From the NCBI RefSeq assembly GCF_964204645.1, contig NC_134032.1, positions 15,736,275 through 15,800,274 of the forward strand: a stretch of 64,000 bases of DNA, read 5' to 3'. Made by a program: the position numbers and the translations under genes. This document shows, piece by piece, positions 50,601 to 62,749 of this stretch. Numbering within the stretch: position 1 is the stretch's first letter; every line of letters begins with the position of its first letter. Under the pieces are notes generated by a model. It saw nothing but the letters and a program-made list of their open reading frames with translations, ran no database searches and was not told where the DNA came from. The stretch comes from Tubulanus polymorphus (taxonomy: Eukaryota; Animalia; Nemertea).

Positions 50601-51164
50601 GTGCGATGTATAACAGGCATACCACTGAATTGTGTGTACACCGCAGTGCGATGTATAACAGGCATACCACTGAATTGTGTGTACCCGGCAGTGCGATGTA
50701 TAACAGGCATACCACTGAATTGTATGTACACCGCAGTGCGATGTATAACAGGCATACCACTGAATTGTGTGTACACCGCAGTCTGATGTATAACAGGCAT
50801 ACCACTGAATTGTGTGTACACCGAAGTGCGATGTTTCGTTAGATACTATTATTTCACTTCGTCAAATTGGTGCTGCCATCTTTCAATAGAAATATTAACT
50901 AATTGATAACGTGGATACGCCGCACTGCGGGGTAGGTGCAATATAGGATGGGTAGATTATACACTGCATATCGGGGTCGACGCAACGAAAGGGTTAATAT
51001 CAATGACTATATTTTTGATTTGTATTTTTATCTTCAGATTTCGTATCGTTTCGACAATAATACTTATCGTTGCCATAGTGATCGCCGTACAGAATTTCGA
51101 ACAGATCGAACACTGGACGAACGACGTCATCGATTTCTATAAACGACGAGTTTCGAAACAATAA
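29257..51164 (+). CDS. TMCC: Transmembrane and coiled-coil domain protein (TMCC/TEX28/dementin family), 637 aa longest model
   Basis: Exons 29257-29414, 36724-36810, 39965-40133, 40500-40695, 42859-43084, 43749-43793, 44350-44382, 44971-45050, 45964-46039, 47073-47150, 48872-49109, 49609-49740, 49958-50047, 50122-50300, 51038-51164 (1914 nt, GT-AG, phases consistent). Family motifs [82 protein letters not shown] and two C-terminal TM segments. The first two exons are less certain. Confidence 0.92.
29765..29991. repeat. 56-bp tandem repeat, 4 copies
   Basis: ACGCTCTCAAGGACAGCCAGCCCGATATGGGGTTAATGAATTTGTCCCTATGCTGG. Confidence 0.9.
30262..30826. repeat. 24/29-bp minisatellite
   Basis: GCGAGTATCAGACCCTGATTTGTT. 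Confidence 0.9.
33255..33730. repeat. 30-bp minisatellite
   Basis: GGTTAAGGTTGCCCTGCATGGCGCTAAGCG. Confidence 0.9.
34594..34635 (-). ncRNA. Minimal type I hammerhead ribozyme motif (GUU triplet)
   Basis: Minus strand ACAC CTGACGA T GATTTC TAGGAT GAGATC GAAAC GTT GTGT. Confidence 0.65.
34639..34678 (+). ncRNA. Minimal type I hammerhead ribozyme motif (GUC triplet)
   Basis: CAC CTGACGA T GATC CCTAGGATGA GATC GAAAC GTC GTG. Confidence 0.7.
35930..36617. repeat. 43-bp minisatellite, about 16 copies
   Basis: GGGTAAACAGATTC(T/C/A)GGGACACCTTGGTGATTATCAGAGGC(C/T)A. Confidence 0.93.
37068..37452. repeat. 30-32-bp minisatellite
   Basis: GGAGCCAG(C/T)TCTAGACCCTAGA... Confidence 0.9.
38805..39352. 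repeat. 45-bp degenerate minisatellite with constant core
   Basis: Core AATCTACCCCACAGTGCAGTGTATAAC; shares CAGTGCGATGTATAAC with the 50370-50835 array. Confidence 0.85.
40712..42565. repeat. 37-bp minisatellite, about 50 copies, with internal hairpin
   Basis: GCCTTACTCGGAGACTGTCTGGGTCAGACAGTATCCA; CTGTCTG-GGT-CAGACAG inverted repeat; begins just after the exon donor at 40696. Confidence 0.95.
43105..43590. repeat. 20/21-bp minisatellite matching the MITE family A terminus
   Basis: CCCAGTTCCACAGTTCTGGA repeated about 23 times. Confidence 0.9.
44457..44945. mobile_element. Stack of adjacent Harbinger-like MITEs
   Basis: CAG|44457-44564|CAG|44568-44713|CTG| followed by further related elements. 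Confidence 0.7.
45040..45190. repeat. 44-bp tandem repeat containing a TMCC splice donor
   Basis: GAACTT(A/C)AGTAAGTACGAATCAT... about 3.5 copies. Confidence 0.85.
46590..46719. mobile_element. PIF/Harbinger-like MITE, TSD CTG
   Basis: CTG|GGCCCAGTTTCA...TGAAACTGGGCC|CTG. Confidence 0.8.
47383..47568. mobile_element. 186-bp element (paralogue of 3272-3457) nested in a family B MITE, TSD TAGCC
   Basis: TAGCC|CAGGGACATTGGAAGC...CTCCAATGCCACTG|TAGCC; the uninterrupted site is visible in the 23686-23794 copy. Confidence 0.8.
49200..49925. repeat. 28-bp minisatellite in two arrays (49200-49535, 49749-49927) flanking TMCC exon 49609-49740
   Basis: AGC(A/C)ATCAGGCAGTCAGTTAACAAATA(T/C). Confidence 0.92.
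50335..50997. mobile_element. piggyBac-like non-autonomous element with internal 45-bp tandem array (50370-50835)
   Basis: Ends TTGA|CTCTTTC ... GAAAGGG|TTAA; occupies most of the last TMCC intron. Confidence 0.55.
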
Positions 51165-51251
51165 CAAAGGATTTAAAATTAGAGGACTGAAAAAAAACTT
51201 GTGATTTCGGGTCGTAGATATCGGCATTGTATCGTTTACTGTAACACGGGC

Positions 51252-51390
51252 TCAGTATGGTTCAGCATGGTTCATCAGGGCTGCGTATGGTTCAGCATGG
51301 TTCATCAGGGCTGCGTATGGTTCAGCATGGTTCATCATAGCTGCGTATGGTTCAGCATGGTTCATCATAGCTGCGTCTGGTTCAGCATTG
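51252..51390. repeat. 30-bp tandem repeat in TMCC 3' UTR
   Basis: GGTTCAGCATGGTTCATCA...CTGCGTAT. Confidence 0.85.
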
Positions 51391-52067
51391 CTCCATATGG
51401 CTCGAAGTTCGGTTGTAAAATCAAGAGACTCTGAAATCTGTCTGAAGATTTAAAGCGGTATCGTTTGATTTTTTCGAGATATGAATTCTTTTTTTTTTCG
51501 CGAAAATACAGAAAAATTTAAAAAATTGTATTTCGTTCGTCGAATTCATCGAAAAAAAATATAAAACGTCGATACTCGTCGGAAAACAGCTCTAAAAACT
51601 CAAACACCTCGCGTAACTCAAATTAGTTGATCGAGTTTTACGAATTTGATCGTGAAATTCTTTTGAAATTCGGCGAATTCGAATTTTGCGAGTTTGAGAG
51701 CTGTTTGTAAATAGATGAATTTAAGTAATTAATTATATTAACGGGAAGAAGAGTTGAGGAGAGTAATGTACGTCACGCGCGCTCTCTCTTTCTCAACCCC
51801 TGTCTCGTAACATTGGAAAAAAATGATTTTAAAGAAAACTATGAAATTCATACAATCGTAACTGGAATTGATTATTTTTAATTCATCCCTCGAAGTCTGA
51901 CCTATTTTCATGTTATCGCTGATCGTTTTTATGCGTGTTTTAATTTAAACCCGACGTTTTTTAAAAATTCGGCCAAAATTTGATGAATTTTACACACGTT
52001 TATTTGCTCATGGATAGATCAAGTAATGTGCTATCTTCCTGCTCACCCCTGCCCCTCGCCAAGTCCA

Positions 52068-52868
52068 GGGGCCAGTAGCTCAAAAGTTTAAGAAGATAAC
52101 AGGATCCAGTTCCACAATTGTGAATTAGAGTTAACTCTGAGTTAAAGTTAGTTCATTTTCAATGTTTTAACTCAAGAGTCAAATTAAACTCACAACTGTG
52201 AAACTGGATCTGATTCCACAGTTGAGAGTTAGAGTTAAAATTAGTTCATTTTCAATGAGTTAACTCTGAGTCAAATTTAACTCACACTTGTGGAGAACTG
52301 GACCCAGTTCCACAGTTCTGAGTTAGAGTTAACTCTGAGTTAAAGTTAGTTCATTTTCAATGAGTTAACTCTGAGTTAAATCTTAACTCAACAACTGTGG
52401 AACTGGACCCTGTCGGACAAATACCATAGTAACATTGAAATTTTAATTGTCGCTATGTCAATTATCCACTGGTTAACTCTAAACAACCTTTCAGCAACTA
52501 CAGCCTCTGACTGCACCAGGATCCAGTTCCACAGTTGTTTTGTTGATTTGAGTTAAACCAATGAAAAAAGAACTGATCTTAACTCAACAACTGTGGAACT
52601 GGACCCTGTCGGACAAATACCATAGTAACATTGAACTTTTAATTGTTACTATGTCAACTATCCACTGGTTAACTCTACATGTTGAGCAACTGACTCCTGC
52701 AGTTGTTTTGTTTTATTCTCATTTGAGTTTTTTCTTATATCCAAGTGTGATACTGGACTCAGTTCCACAGTTGTGAGTTAGTGTTAACTCTGAGTTAAAA
52801 TTAGTTCATTTTCAATGAGTTAACTCAGAGAGTTAAATCTTAACTCACAACTGTGGAACTGGACCCTG
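52068..52868. mobile_element. Cluster of nested and tandem palindromic Harbinger-like MITEs in the probable TMCC 3' UTR
   Basis: Family A copies 52103-52409, 52520-52605, 52756-52865 (CTG TSD). Confidence 0.75.
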
Positions 52869-54647
52869 AATGTTAGAATTGCAGATTTAGGAATTTGAAT
52901 TCAATGCACTGATTCCTCGCAGCGCGTGTTTATCTAGTTTTAGTCATTATTGATTTTTACGGCAGTGAGCCTTTTAAAATCGTATCTTACGCCAAATGCA
53001 AACGAAATAACATGTTTTAAATAGTTTTTATATGCGCTTCGTGTATTTTTGAGTCTCTGTCTCTTCTTTCTTTTGTCAAAAATCTGCTTATGCTTTCGCA
53101 CGCGTGTTACATCATTAATAGATGCATGCTCTCTCCGAGGTCAGGAAAACTCTTTAACCCATTCCCCCTGATGCAACTATCCGTAACTGTTGGTAACAGT
53201 CTCCGAAAATGGTTAACTGTCCCCCCTGATGCACACAGTGCTGTCCACCATTCCTGATAATTGTATAAATATCCATATATAAGCAATTTTTGTATTTGCC
53301 AAAAAAAACTGGTTCTGTTATTTCTGTTTTGGGAACGCTGTGAGGCTAGAATTAATTTGTACCGTTAGAAGTGTACATATGTGTATTCATTCGTGTAAAT
53401 ACCGTAAATGTGGTGGTACAAATGAATTCATGTATATAAATGTTGAAGAAATGGTGTAAATAACCTTAATAAGAAAGTACTTTAGTTGTTAAACGATTTG
53501 ACGATGATGTGGAATTAATGCACTTTAAACCGACCGAAATAAAACAATAGATTTATCATCACAAATGAGGGATGTGGTGAAACGTTGCGTTTCACCAGAA
53601 TTTCCAAATCTACTGATTTTAACTTTGATGATTTAAATGTCTCTGCTGTAGATCTCCTTTGTATTTCACTAAGTTAGGCTTCCAATGCACCGGTTTTATT
53701 TTGTAACGAACTGTGTTTCATGCAACACCACCAGCTAATTCCTTCAGATGGCGTGACGAGCACTCGGCCAAAATAAATTCATTAGGTTAAAAAATGATAC
53801 CTCATTCTCAGCATATGGAGAAATAAGGCCTCCATTTTTAGCCCTATCGATGAACTATGAGTTGAATTTTTAGGCTGCTGAGTCGATAGATTATCTCACA
53901 GGAACCAATAACTATTTCATCTACTCAAGTGTTTTTGTGCGTCGTTATATCAGCCATATTTGAAATTCAGTGTTTTTATGAAACTGGTCTCAGAATTCCT
54001 TCTATAATTCACTACGACCATGTAGACCCATCTTCTGAATGTCGAGGTAGCTTTATAGTCTGCCCAAAAGGGGGCGTTTAGGTATATTTAGCCTAAAAGG
54101 GTCATCGTCAGGTAAAATGATGTCATTCATTTATTACTTGATTCGTGCGTAGCACTTATTTATTAATTCCATCGGTGATAATCAAAGATTTATTAATTGT
54201 GAAATTAATGAAACTTCAATTGATACATAAACTGATTGATTGATTATTGATTATTATTGATTAATATTGATTATTATTATTATTATTATTGTTATGATGG
54301 AAAAACGATAAGATTGTAAATAAATATAATTTAAAAAAGATGATAGAATAAAAGTATTACGTTGTTACGACTGTGATAGTAACATCAACTACATTAGTTC
54401 ATGTATATCTGTTCGTTATTCCATTGTCCCGGGTTTAAACCTGGTCTATTGACGTTGATAGCCGGTGAAAAAAGGTGTCCCTGAATAGAAGAGCATGAAT
54501 AAGGAGACACCGTCCAGACTGGAAGAGTGGTCTTCTCATGCGTTACGCAGATGAAAAATGGGATACACGGGTTTCCAACACAACTAACACTGATTCTGAG
54601 TGGTCCTGATGCTGATTAGAGGATGTACAGGGGGTGTCACGACCGTA

Positions 54648-54812
54648 CGGTGCTGTCCCTATGCTCAGCGTTAGCGGGATTTTCATACACTAATGTAAGT
54701 CAACTCTGGCAATCGAGTTGCTGTCCAGTTATACTTCGTGACCCTAGCATGCCAGAGTAGACTTACGTTAGTTTATGAGAATCCCGCTAACAATGAGCAT
54801 AGCGGCAGCACC
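54648..54812. mobile_element. MITE with about 65-bp imperfect TIRs and TA TSD (Tc1/mariner-like)
   Basis: TA|CGGTGCTGTCCCTATGCTCAGCGTTAGCGGGATT...AATCCCGCTAACAATGAGCATAGCGGCAGCACCA|TA. Confidence 0.7.
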
Positions 54813-54938
54813 ATAGGAACCCAGTAATTACTGACAATTTACCACCAATTTACTCACCCACTCACCCATTCACTCACCAATTTACTCAATTAACCTGTCC
54901 TCCTCTGTATATATACCCCTGTTTTTAGTCTATTTCTC

Positions 54939-54980
54939 ACACCTGACGATGATCTCTAGAGTGAGATCGAAACGTCGTGT
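54939..54980 (+). ncRNA. Minimal type I hammerhead ribozyme motif in a Penelope-like pseudo-LTR
   Basis: ACAC CTGACGA T GATCTC TAGAGT GAGATC GAAAC GTC GTGT; perfect stems I and II; AATAAA downstream at about 55001. Confidence 0.78.
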
Positions 54981-57900
54981 CTTTTAAATATTTTAGATTT
55001 AATAAATAAATTCTGGTTTTTAAATTCTTTTAATCTGTAAATAGTGGGATTTTATTTGAAATGTACATCAAACTCGCCATCTATCGGAATATGTAATAAG
55101 TTTTTTTAAATAAACACAACCGAGTAATTACACTGATACAGTGGTTATGGTGCTGAATAGGTGATGTACAAGGGCAGTACCAAGCAGTAGGACCTGAATA
55201 CGAAGAAAACTCAACAGCTCTAAAACTATGAGTAAATAGCCGGAGTGCTCCTCCGCACGCTCACGGCGAGTCGACGTTGAGAAATCAACACCGAAAAACA
55301 AAAAGGACGGACATTTTTATTTAACAATTTTGTATTGTGTTGTATAAAATTAACAACAAAATTTGAAATACATCAATCAGTTATCTGACTACAACTTCAA
55401 TATTGTTTTTGAAATCATTGAAAAACCGATTATTACGAGGTGGTCGGTTCGGTAGAATGATCTCAAGTTCAAGTCTGAATATTATGGAATTGTTGCCGGT
55501 CTCTACCTTCTATTCTGACTGTAGACTGGTTACCGGTCCAATGATCCAATCAGATTTCAGTATTTCATCACGTGAACTATGAAACATGGCCGCCTACACT
55601 GTGTCTCGATTTACGTTCCATGGACCTATTTAAAGTCGATTTTTATATCAATGAAGAAAGAAACTGCATTAGATCTGCCAGGTAACGCTTCTGCGGGCAC
55701 TTGTTTAGCGTGTGCCCTGAAAATACTGGTATACAATTCAGGACGTCTGCGTATACGGTGCCGTAAAAACCTCTCCTGCTCAAAGGAACTGTCGTCAATC
55801 GACTGAAAAAACAATGGCCACTGACATACTGACCTGAACTTCACCCAGCACTGGCAGCGGTTGTCTCCACCAGTGATCTCCGTCGCTCTACGATCCTAGT
55901 GTAACCAACCACCCAGACGCGTGCATTCAAATTCGCTGTACAGTTGCCGACCAGAATTTGGTCGGCTTTTTTGTCCGTGTTCAAACTGCGATATCTCAGC
56001 AAATAAACAACCGATTTTGATGAATAAACTATCTACACTAACCTTATGATGTCTTACGTTTGTTCATTATAACATTTTGACGATAAATCTGATTTTAGTA
56101 CGATTAAATTTAAGATACAAAAATGATGCGCTGTTTAGCGATGAGACACGCATCGCTCAAGTTGTCTTGTTGCTAACGAACTACAGTGTTACAATGCCTA
56201 GTTTCAAAGTGAAAAAATGGTGTCATTTTTGCTATTTCTGTATTTATATCGCATCAAGCACGGACTATGATGAATGAACCTCCAAATGAATATAATAATA
56301 AGAAAACTGAATGTATGAGGTTTGTAACGATAGTTTATTTTTCACAATCGGTTTAGTGAAACTGGATTTCTGGTGGTTTAAAGCTGCAGTGATCTAAAAG
56401 TATCGAGAAAATGTCGTTCGCATCTTAGTGTCTGTGGTACATCAGACACTAAGATTCTTGGTGAAACCTGAACCAGCTATGCAGCAGAGCGAGAGGCTGG
56501 GATAATGGATATTTGTCTGTTCACCTAAGGTGACACTGATTGATTATTGTGAAAGTGACTTGAGCATGAGCAGTCAGTGTGGTGAACCCAGGTAACTTCA
56601 CTTAGGCCTCCTTCAAAACTTGTGAACATTGTAGTGAATACTTACTCACAAATACTCCATTGCTTGTCTATTATTGTAGGTGAATGTTCTGATAATGATT
56701 TTCTGAGATACAACTCAGGATTTCTTAAGAAACGGAACAGAGGTGTATCAAATTAGCTCAACATGCAAAGAGAATAAAAGAATCCAACACTAACCGTCAT
56801 GAGATGAGATTCCAAATAACAGATGGTGCAACTCCTGGATTCTGATACAGTGATGAGGTTTAATAGAGCTGGATTTTGCGAATTACTACACGAGTGAGCC
56901 TTCAATTGGAATTGTGATTAAGGCCCAAAAAAAACATTATGTGGTAAAATACATAACATGTCATCGTCTTGTCAGGCTATGTGTATATCGAACAAGATTT
57001 TGTACTAGAATTGGACAATAAATATAGAATTGCCAGTGAAAAAGAGTTTGTCGTGATGGATTTCATACTCAATTTCTAGCAGATCGTATTATGACATTGA
57101 GTGGTCAATGAGACGAGAATATTGCGAATATCCAGATGATCTGGATTACTGGTCTTTCCCAACTCACTGTCTGTATCGAGAATATAAATAAAGATGCTGC
57201 AGTGGATCCAAATATCTGATCTCACAAAACACTGACAAGGAGTTCAACTTTTGTAAACTTTATTCAGATAGAGTATAGTCATCTGGTAGGGACCGGCAAC
57301 CAGTCTAACTGAAAGTAGAGACTGGTAACTAGTCTTTGAGGCAACGTTGAAAAATAATGGATGGAAATATTCATTTTTCAATAAATTTTGAATTGTTTTA
57401 TAACATTTACAACCAAATCTAAAATATGCCAATCATTAATTCGATTAAAACTTCACTATCGATTTTGAAATCAGTGAAAACCGATTTTTTGCGAGGTGGT
57501 CGGTTCAGTTGAATGATCTGAAGTTCAACTCTCAACGAACCCTTCTGCGATTCAAAAAGCCACCATTTTTGCTTTTAGTCGGTGTTACTTCCGTTTGTCG
57601 ATGATTTCAACATTAGCCAAATTGCGTTGAGCATTTGTATGAACGTGGATTTGAATGGAAAATGCACGAAGACGCGTGTTGATTGGTTGAGGTTGGTGCT
57701 GGTCACTGGACAGTGACCAGCGGTCAGCTTATCGAATCATTCGTTTCACAGAACTTTATTTGAGAAGACGTGAAAATTATAGCAGAAAAAGTACGCTGTT
57801 ATCGTAAGTATCATACAGATGTATTAGAGGCCTAATGAATGATTAACTGATGAAAAACACATTAGATCAGCTCCTAGCTCCAGTTAGTAATGATTAGATA

Positions 57901-58249
57901 TCACATATACTTGGTCATGGTTTATCATTTTAATACATTTGCTGGTGGAAAATTTTAGCCATGTCTCTAGATGGGCGGCCATATTTATTGTATGCCAAGG
58001 TCAAATGGGCGGCCATATTGAGTCAGGCCAAGGTTAAATAGCACTCGTTTTTGATGCTATCAGGGCAAACGTGGGTTACAGTCAGTCAACCATGTGTGAA
58101 CTAAGTGAACCAATGTTAGTTAATGTTAGTTAGTTGAAACTAGAAGTCCCAAAATTTTTGACCACGTGATTGAGTACGGCTGCCTATTTCCAAGATGGCC
58201 GACACTTTGAAATGCTCAACGACCGAACTATAGCGCGTTCAGTTAGCTC

Positions 58250-58580
58250 CGACCACTATAGTTTTGTAGAGCAGTTTAAATGTTTTCATATCAAGTTTTT
58301 CGAAGGATCTTTTGATTATGCCAATTATTTCGTTCCCTTTATTAGTTGCCGTTGCGTATTGTGCTTGGAAATTCAGATTTCTATCTATGACAATTCCGAG
58401 GTCTTTTTCCTCAGTGACAACTTTCAACTCATGTCGGTGGTTTCCTACTTCCATTGTGTATTGTGCTGGGTCTTTGTTATTGCCAATATGAAGTACTACG
58501 CATTCTCCGGATGAAACGACATTTGCCACATTTTTGCCCAACTACATAAACTGCCAAGGACGTCAGCCTGCAGTATCCAA
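58250..58580 (-). mobile_element. CR1/L2-type LINE reverse transcriptase fragment
   Basis: CVVLHIG...VTEEKDLGIVIDRNLNF...GIIKRSF...LLYKTIV. Confidence 0.85.
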
Positions 58581-59145
58581 GACTTTCCCGATAAGTTTCT
58601 TCTGCACTTTGGAGTTTCTTGTGCCAATAACGATTTGCTCATCTCATTTTCTTGTCGCTCATCATATCAAATCTTTTTGATAAGGTTCTGCATTCTGTTT
58701 TAAAATCGTCGCGCTTTCGTTTTGTCATTGTTTCAATTCATATGTGAAACATAGACATATCAATATCAATGTGAAGATGCGGATGACAAAGCGTTGGATG
58801 AACTACCATTTATTACGGACAGACGACATTTTGGAACAGATACGCCATTTGGCGATGCATCATACAATTATTACAAGTATACAATATCATAGCATCCGCA
58901 TTTCACTGGACTTTCTGAGATGATGTCTAGCGCATATATCCTATTATCACTCGTTTCAACTTTGCTACGCCTTTGAATTGTTTGTGTGCCCCGGGAAAGG
59001 CTTTATTCGCACAATGTCACCTTCTTGTAACGATGTTAGGCATTTGGTAGAGCGATTGAAATGTTCTGCCTGTTTGCGTTTATTCGCGGAACTATCCGAG
59101 ACAACTTTTGGTCACAGTGACCATTTCAATTTGCTATCATAAGAG

Positions 59146-60078
59146 TAACAGTAACAGTAACATTAAGTGATGGACCGCTTTGGCGATCTTTACACTGTTT
59201 AACGATACACAGTTGTTAGATTTTAAAGTTAATGCACATTTGCCGAGGTATCATTAGCGTCTGTATAGTTTGTAGTTAGTTTTTAGTTCATAATCTTTCC
59301 AATAATCGTCCAGCCGAGCCTTGAACGAATTCACAGATGGTGCCTCCACAACTTCTGTCGGCAGACTGTTCCAGTAACTGATAATTCTATTTGTAAAATA
59401 TTTCAGTCTAATGTTCTTGCGGCATCGTCTTTTTTCCAACTTGTAAGGATGTCCTCTGGTGAAACGGCGTCTAGCATCTAACATGATAATATCATTATCG
59501 GTGGAATATACGTTAGTTACTAGTTTGAAGGTCTCGATCATAGCGTCATCATCTATAAGTGAGACTAGGAATTTTAAGATATTTTAATCTTTTTTCTTCA
59601 TACGGCAAGTTTTTTACATTCACAATCATTCTCGTCGCTCTTCTTTGAATACTCTCTAATTTATCTATTTCTGACAGAGAAATATTAGACCACACTTGAT
59701 TGTTGTACTCCAGAATTGGTCGAACCAGTGTTTTGTACAGCAACACAAACGCTTTGCTATCGCGAACATTGATGGTTCTTTTTATGGTGTATAGCACCCT
59801 ATTAGCTTTCAGAACGACGTCGTTCACATGACGTTTGAAATTCAATTTATCATCAATTGTTATTCCTAAATCGCGTTCGTATCTCGATGTTTTGATGACA
59901 CTACCCTGAAGTTCATAGTTGAAAGTCGGTTCAACGCATCCAATTCCTAACCTATTTGCCTTATCAGGGTGGAATCTTAATATCCACTCATCCGACCAAC
60001 TCATAGCGCTATCAAGACTATGCTGAAGATCATTACAGTCGTCTAAAGACTTGATAACTTTGTATAATTTCGTATCAT
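59146..60078 (-). mobile_element. 5'-truncated CR1 LINE (ORF2 C-terminus, 3' UTR, microsatellite tail), frameshifted
   Basis: WILRFHPDK, ERDLGITIDDKLNF, LYKTLVRPILEY, LESIQRRATR, TRGHPYKL, WNSLPTEVVEAPSVNSFKARLD; (TGTTAC)n tail at 59146-59163. Confidence 0.92.
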
Positions 60079-60149
60079 ATCTGTGAGTCGATGTTCGATC
60101 TCCCCCTCACTCACAAATTTACCAAACTCGTTGAGATTTGAGTATTGAA

Positions 60150-61560
60150 CCTCAGCTAGTCAAATTTTAGGCGTCCCACATTTTCAGTTCTTTGTATCTT
60201 AAATATTCTTAATGTATTTAATCAGAATTAAACCCGAGTATCTGAAACCAGATCGACCTTTCACTGGCATTTAAACATTCTCTTTACATTTGATTTTAGG
60301 GTCAATGGTGTCCATATCATTATACCAATCATAAAGTGACAGTGTATATAAGTGAAATATAACATATTTAGGCAGGATGTTGGTACAAAATGTTTGATTC
60401 CGTTTTATCAGTACATTTTTCTAGATATCTGATTGCATAATTCGTTTACAAAACTATTCCAATTCTAATGTCGATCAATATCGATACCTAAAATATTTAG
60501 TGGACGTTGATAGTTTTTTGTCTTAATCATTTATTCTAATAGTATAGTCCTCGTTATTGATTCGATCATTGTTTCTAGGTCTAAAAAGAACGATCTCAGT
60601 TTTGTAAAATTGTTGGTGGTAAACCAGACGCGTAGGATGGTTAAGTCATGACTCAAATCGCATATAAGTGTATTTACAGATTTACCTTGAACAAATGCCG
60701 TCGTATCATCTGCAAATTGAATGGATTCATTTTTTTTTCAAAGCAAGATACATATCTTTTACATAGATTAGAAATAATGGTGGTCCTAAAACTGATCCCC
60801 GAGAAATTCCGTCTGATGAACGTAACTGGTAGTTGTAAGGGCCGTATTTTGGTGAATTCGGCACCTGCAAAGTACGGGACTTCATAAACACTGAATCTAG
60901 CTGTTATAATCGTTTAAGGGCGATAGTTCGAGAATATTTTTTATCGCTTTTCTAGTATAGATGGATAAATCTGGAGGTTTTCGGTACATCGGGCATTACA
61001 CCAATTTGAAAGGAATTGTTAACGATTTAAGCCAACGGTTTAGCAATGATAGCTTTTAATATAATATTGTTGATATTGTCATGCCCACACATGAAGTTTT
61101 ACAATCTAGAAATGAAATGATGTTATAAACTTCATTTTCATCCGTAGGAAAAAGGAGGAAACTGTTATCAAAGTTATTACGCATACAATTTCATTGAACT
61201 AGGTTATTTCTTAGAGAGATTTTTGATTTGGTAGAGGACGATTCCGTAACTCGAGTAGCTTTATCAATTATCATCTTCACCAGCTTGTCATTTGTTTTAC
61301 CTAGAATATCTTTCATAATACTTTACGAGTTTAAACGACTGTTTGTATTGAATTTTAGAAATTTTTTGCTGTAGTATTGCTGTTTAGCTTTTCTTTTGAT
61401 ACTGTTTTAAGTGTTCTTATGGTGTATATATGCAAGGTATTTCAGATTGGATTTATCTTCGCCGATGGCCGATTCATACAGTTGATTACGTTTGCGTGAA
61501 CATCTGTCTAATCCATGCGTGTCATCCATAGTTCCTTAATCTCTATTTTACAACTTAAAG
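60150..61560 (-). mobile_element. Highly degraded non-LTR retrotransposon ORF2 remnant
   Basis: Fragments on minus such as GISRGSVLGPPLFL-like and FADDT-like RT motifs around 60700-60810, many stops. Confidence 0.6.
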
Positions 61561-62749
61561 AACTTTCTGGTTACGAGCGTTAACTTTCAATTTCCTCTAA
61601 CAAGGGGTAGGTCTTAATCTACGACTAATACTAGGCCTACTTAGTACTTAGGCTCTTCTTAAATAGTACAAAGGTAGATAGTATTTATCTTATTTTGGTT
61701 GTCTTCCGCCTATATTTGCGTAGTCGAGATAGGGAGACACGTGCTGTAAGATCGTTTCAAATTTTGTTCTCAACATGCGAAAGAAACGTCTAAAATCATC
61801 CATTACATAGTTTGGAATTGTTTGCTCAACATAATTCGGTATTTTCATTCTTTCTTCTCTATCCTAAAACATAAAAGTAGAGATGTCCGGATCATACACA
61901 AATTATAAAGAATATTGACACAGGGGCTCGTCACAATTTGATGAATGGATGATACCAGTATCCCTGTATAAAAAAGAGAAGGGAGCTAACTAAATCGACT
62001 ATCTGTACATTACCTTCCCAATCCAATTTTGGTGTTGATGGTCGACTGAATATGCCTTTTTGTTGAAAATCATTTCTTGCATCTCGTAAATATGTGCCAT
62101 TTTCTACTTTTTCCACTAATTCATACCAAGACATCAATCTTAGGCCTAGAGAGAGGGCAGGTATTCTTCTGAAAAATATTTTTACAATTCTAATTTACAT
62201 CAAAAAGACGAAACCTCTTCACTCACCAACTTTTCTTGAATAAATTGGCAGTATTCGTATTTTTTTCGCCGCCCTCGCTCTTTCTTCAAGCCTTCCCTTT
62301 CGGGCAGGTATTTTGCATGATTTAACAGCTGATGATAAAACAAACCATTCAACACGTTACTTTACGGGAAAGTGTTTCAGACGGTCTCTGTGGATACTTA
62401 GTGACGCAGAACACAAAATACAACGCCAGCGTAATGACAATAGATCAACTTGTAATTCAGTGTTTTCAATAAGAGCCAGGTCCCAGACCCGTGCGTCGTT
62501 TGTAAAGGACCCGCCTGTTTTTTCAAACCAGCCTTCGTTTCAGGGACTGTGACATATAATGGGACCCTCCTGTTTTTCAAAGGGACCTGTCTTGTTAATT
62601 TCTTTTTGAAAACACTGTAATTAGGAACCACCTATCAGCCTGTAACGAAAACGAACTTTTACGAGTTAATAACAAGAATTTGGGTTGATGAGCAGAATGA
62701 AACTAATTAATTAGGGGTAAACTGGACTTTCATAAATGGTGCAATTAAT

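Noticed and set aside
50344-50842. Overlapping 144-154-aa repeat ORFs (likewise 4700-5077, 25153-25693, 30214-30784, 33250-33613, 42159-42569)
   Set aside because: All are translations of intronic minisatellites.
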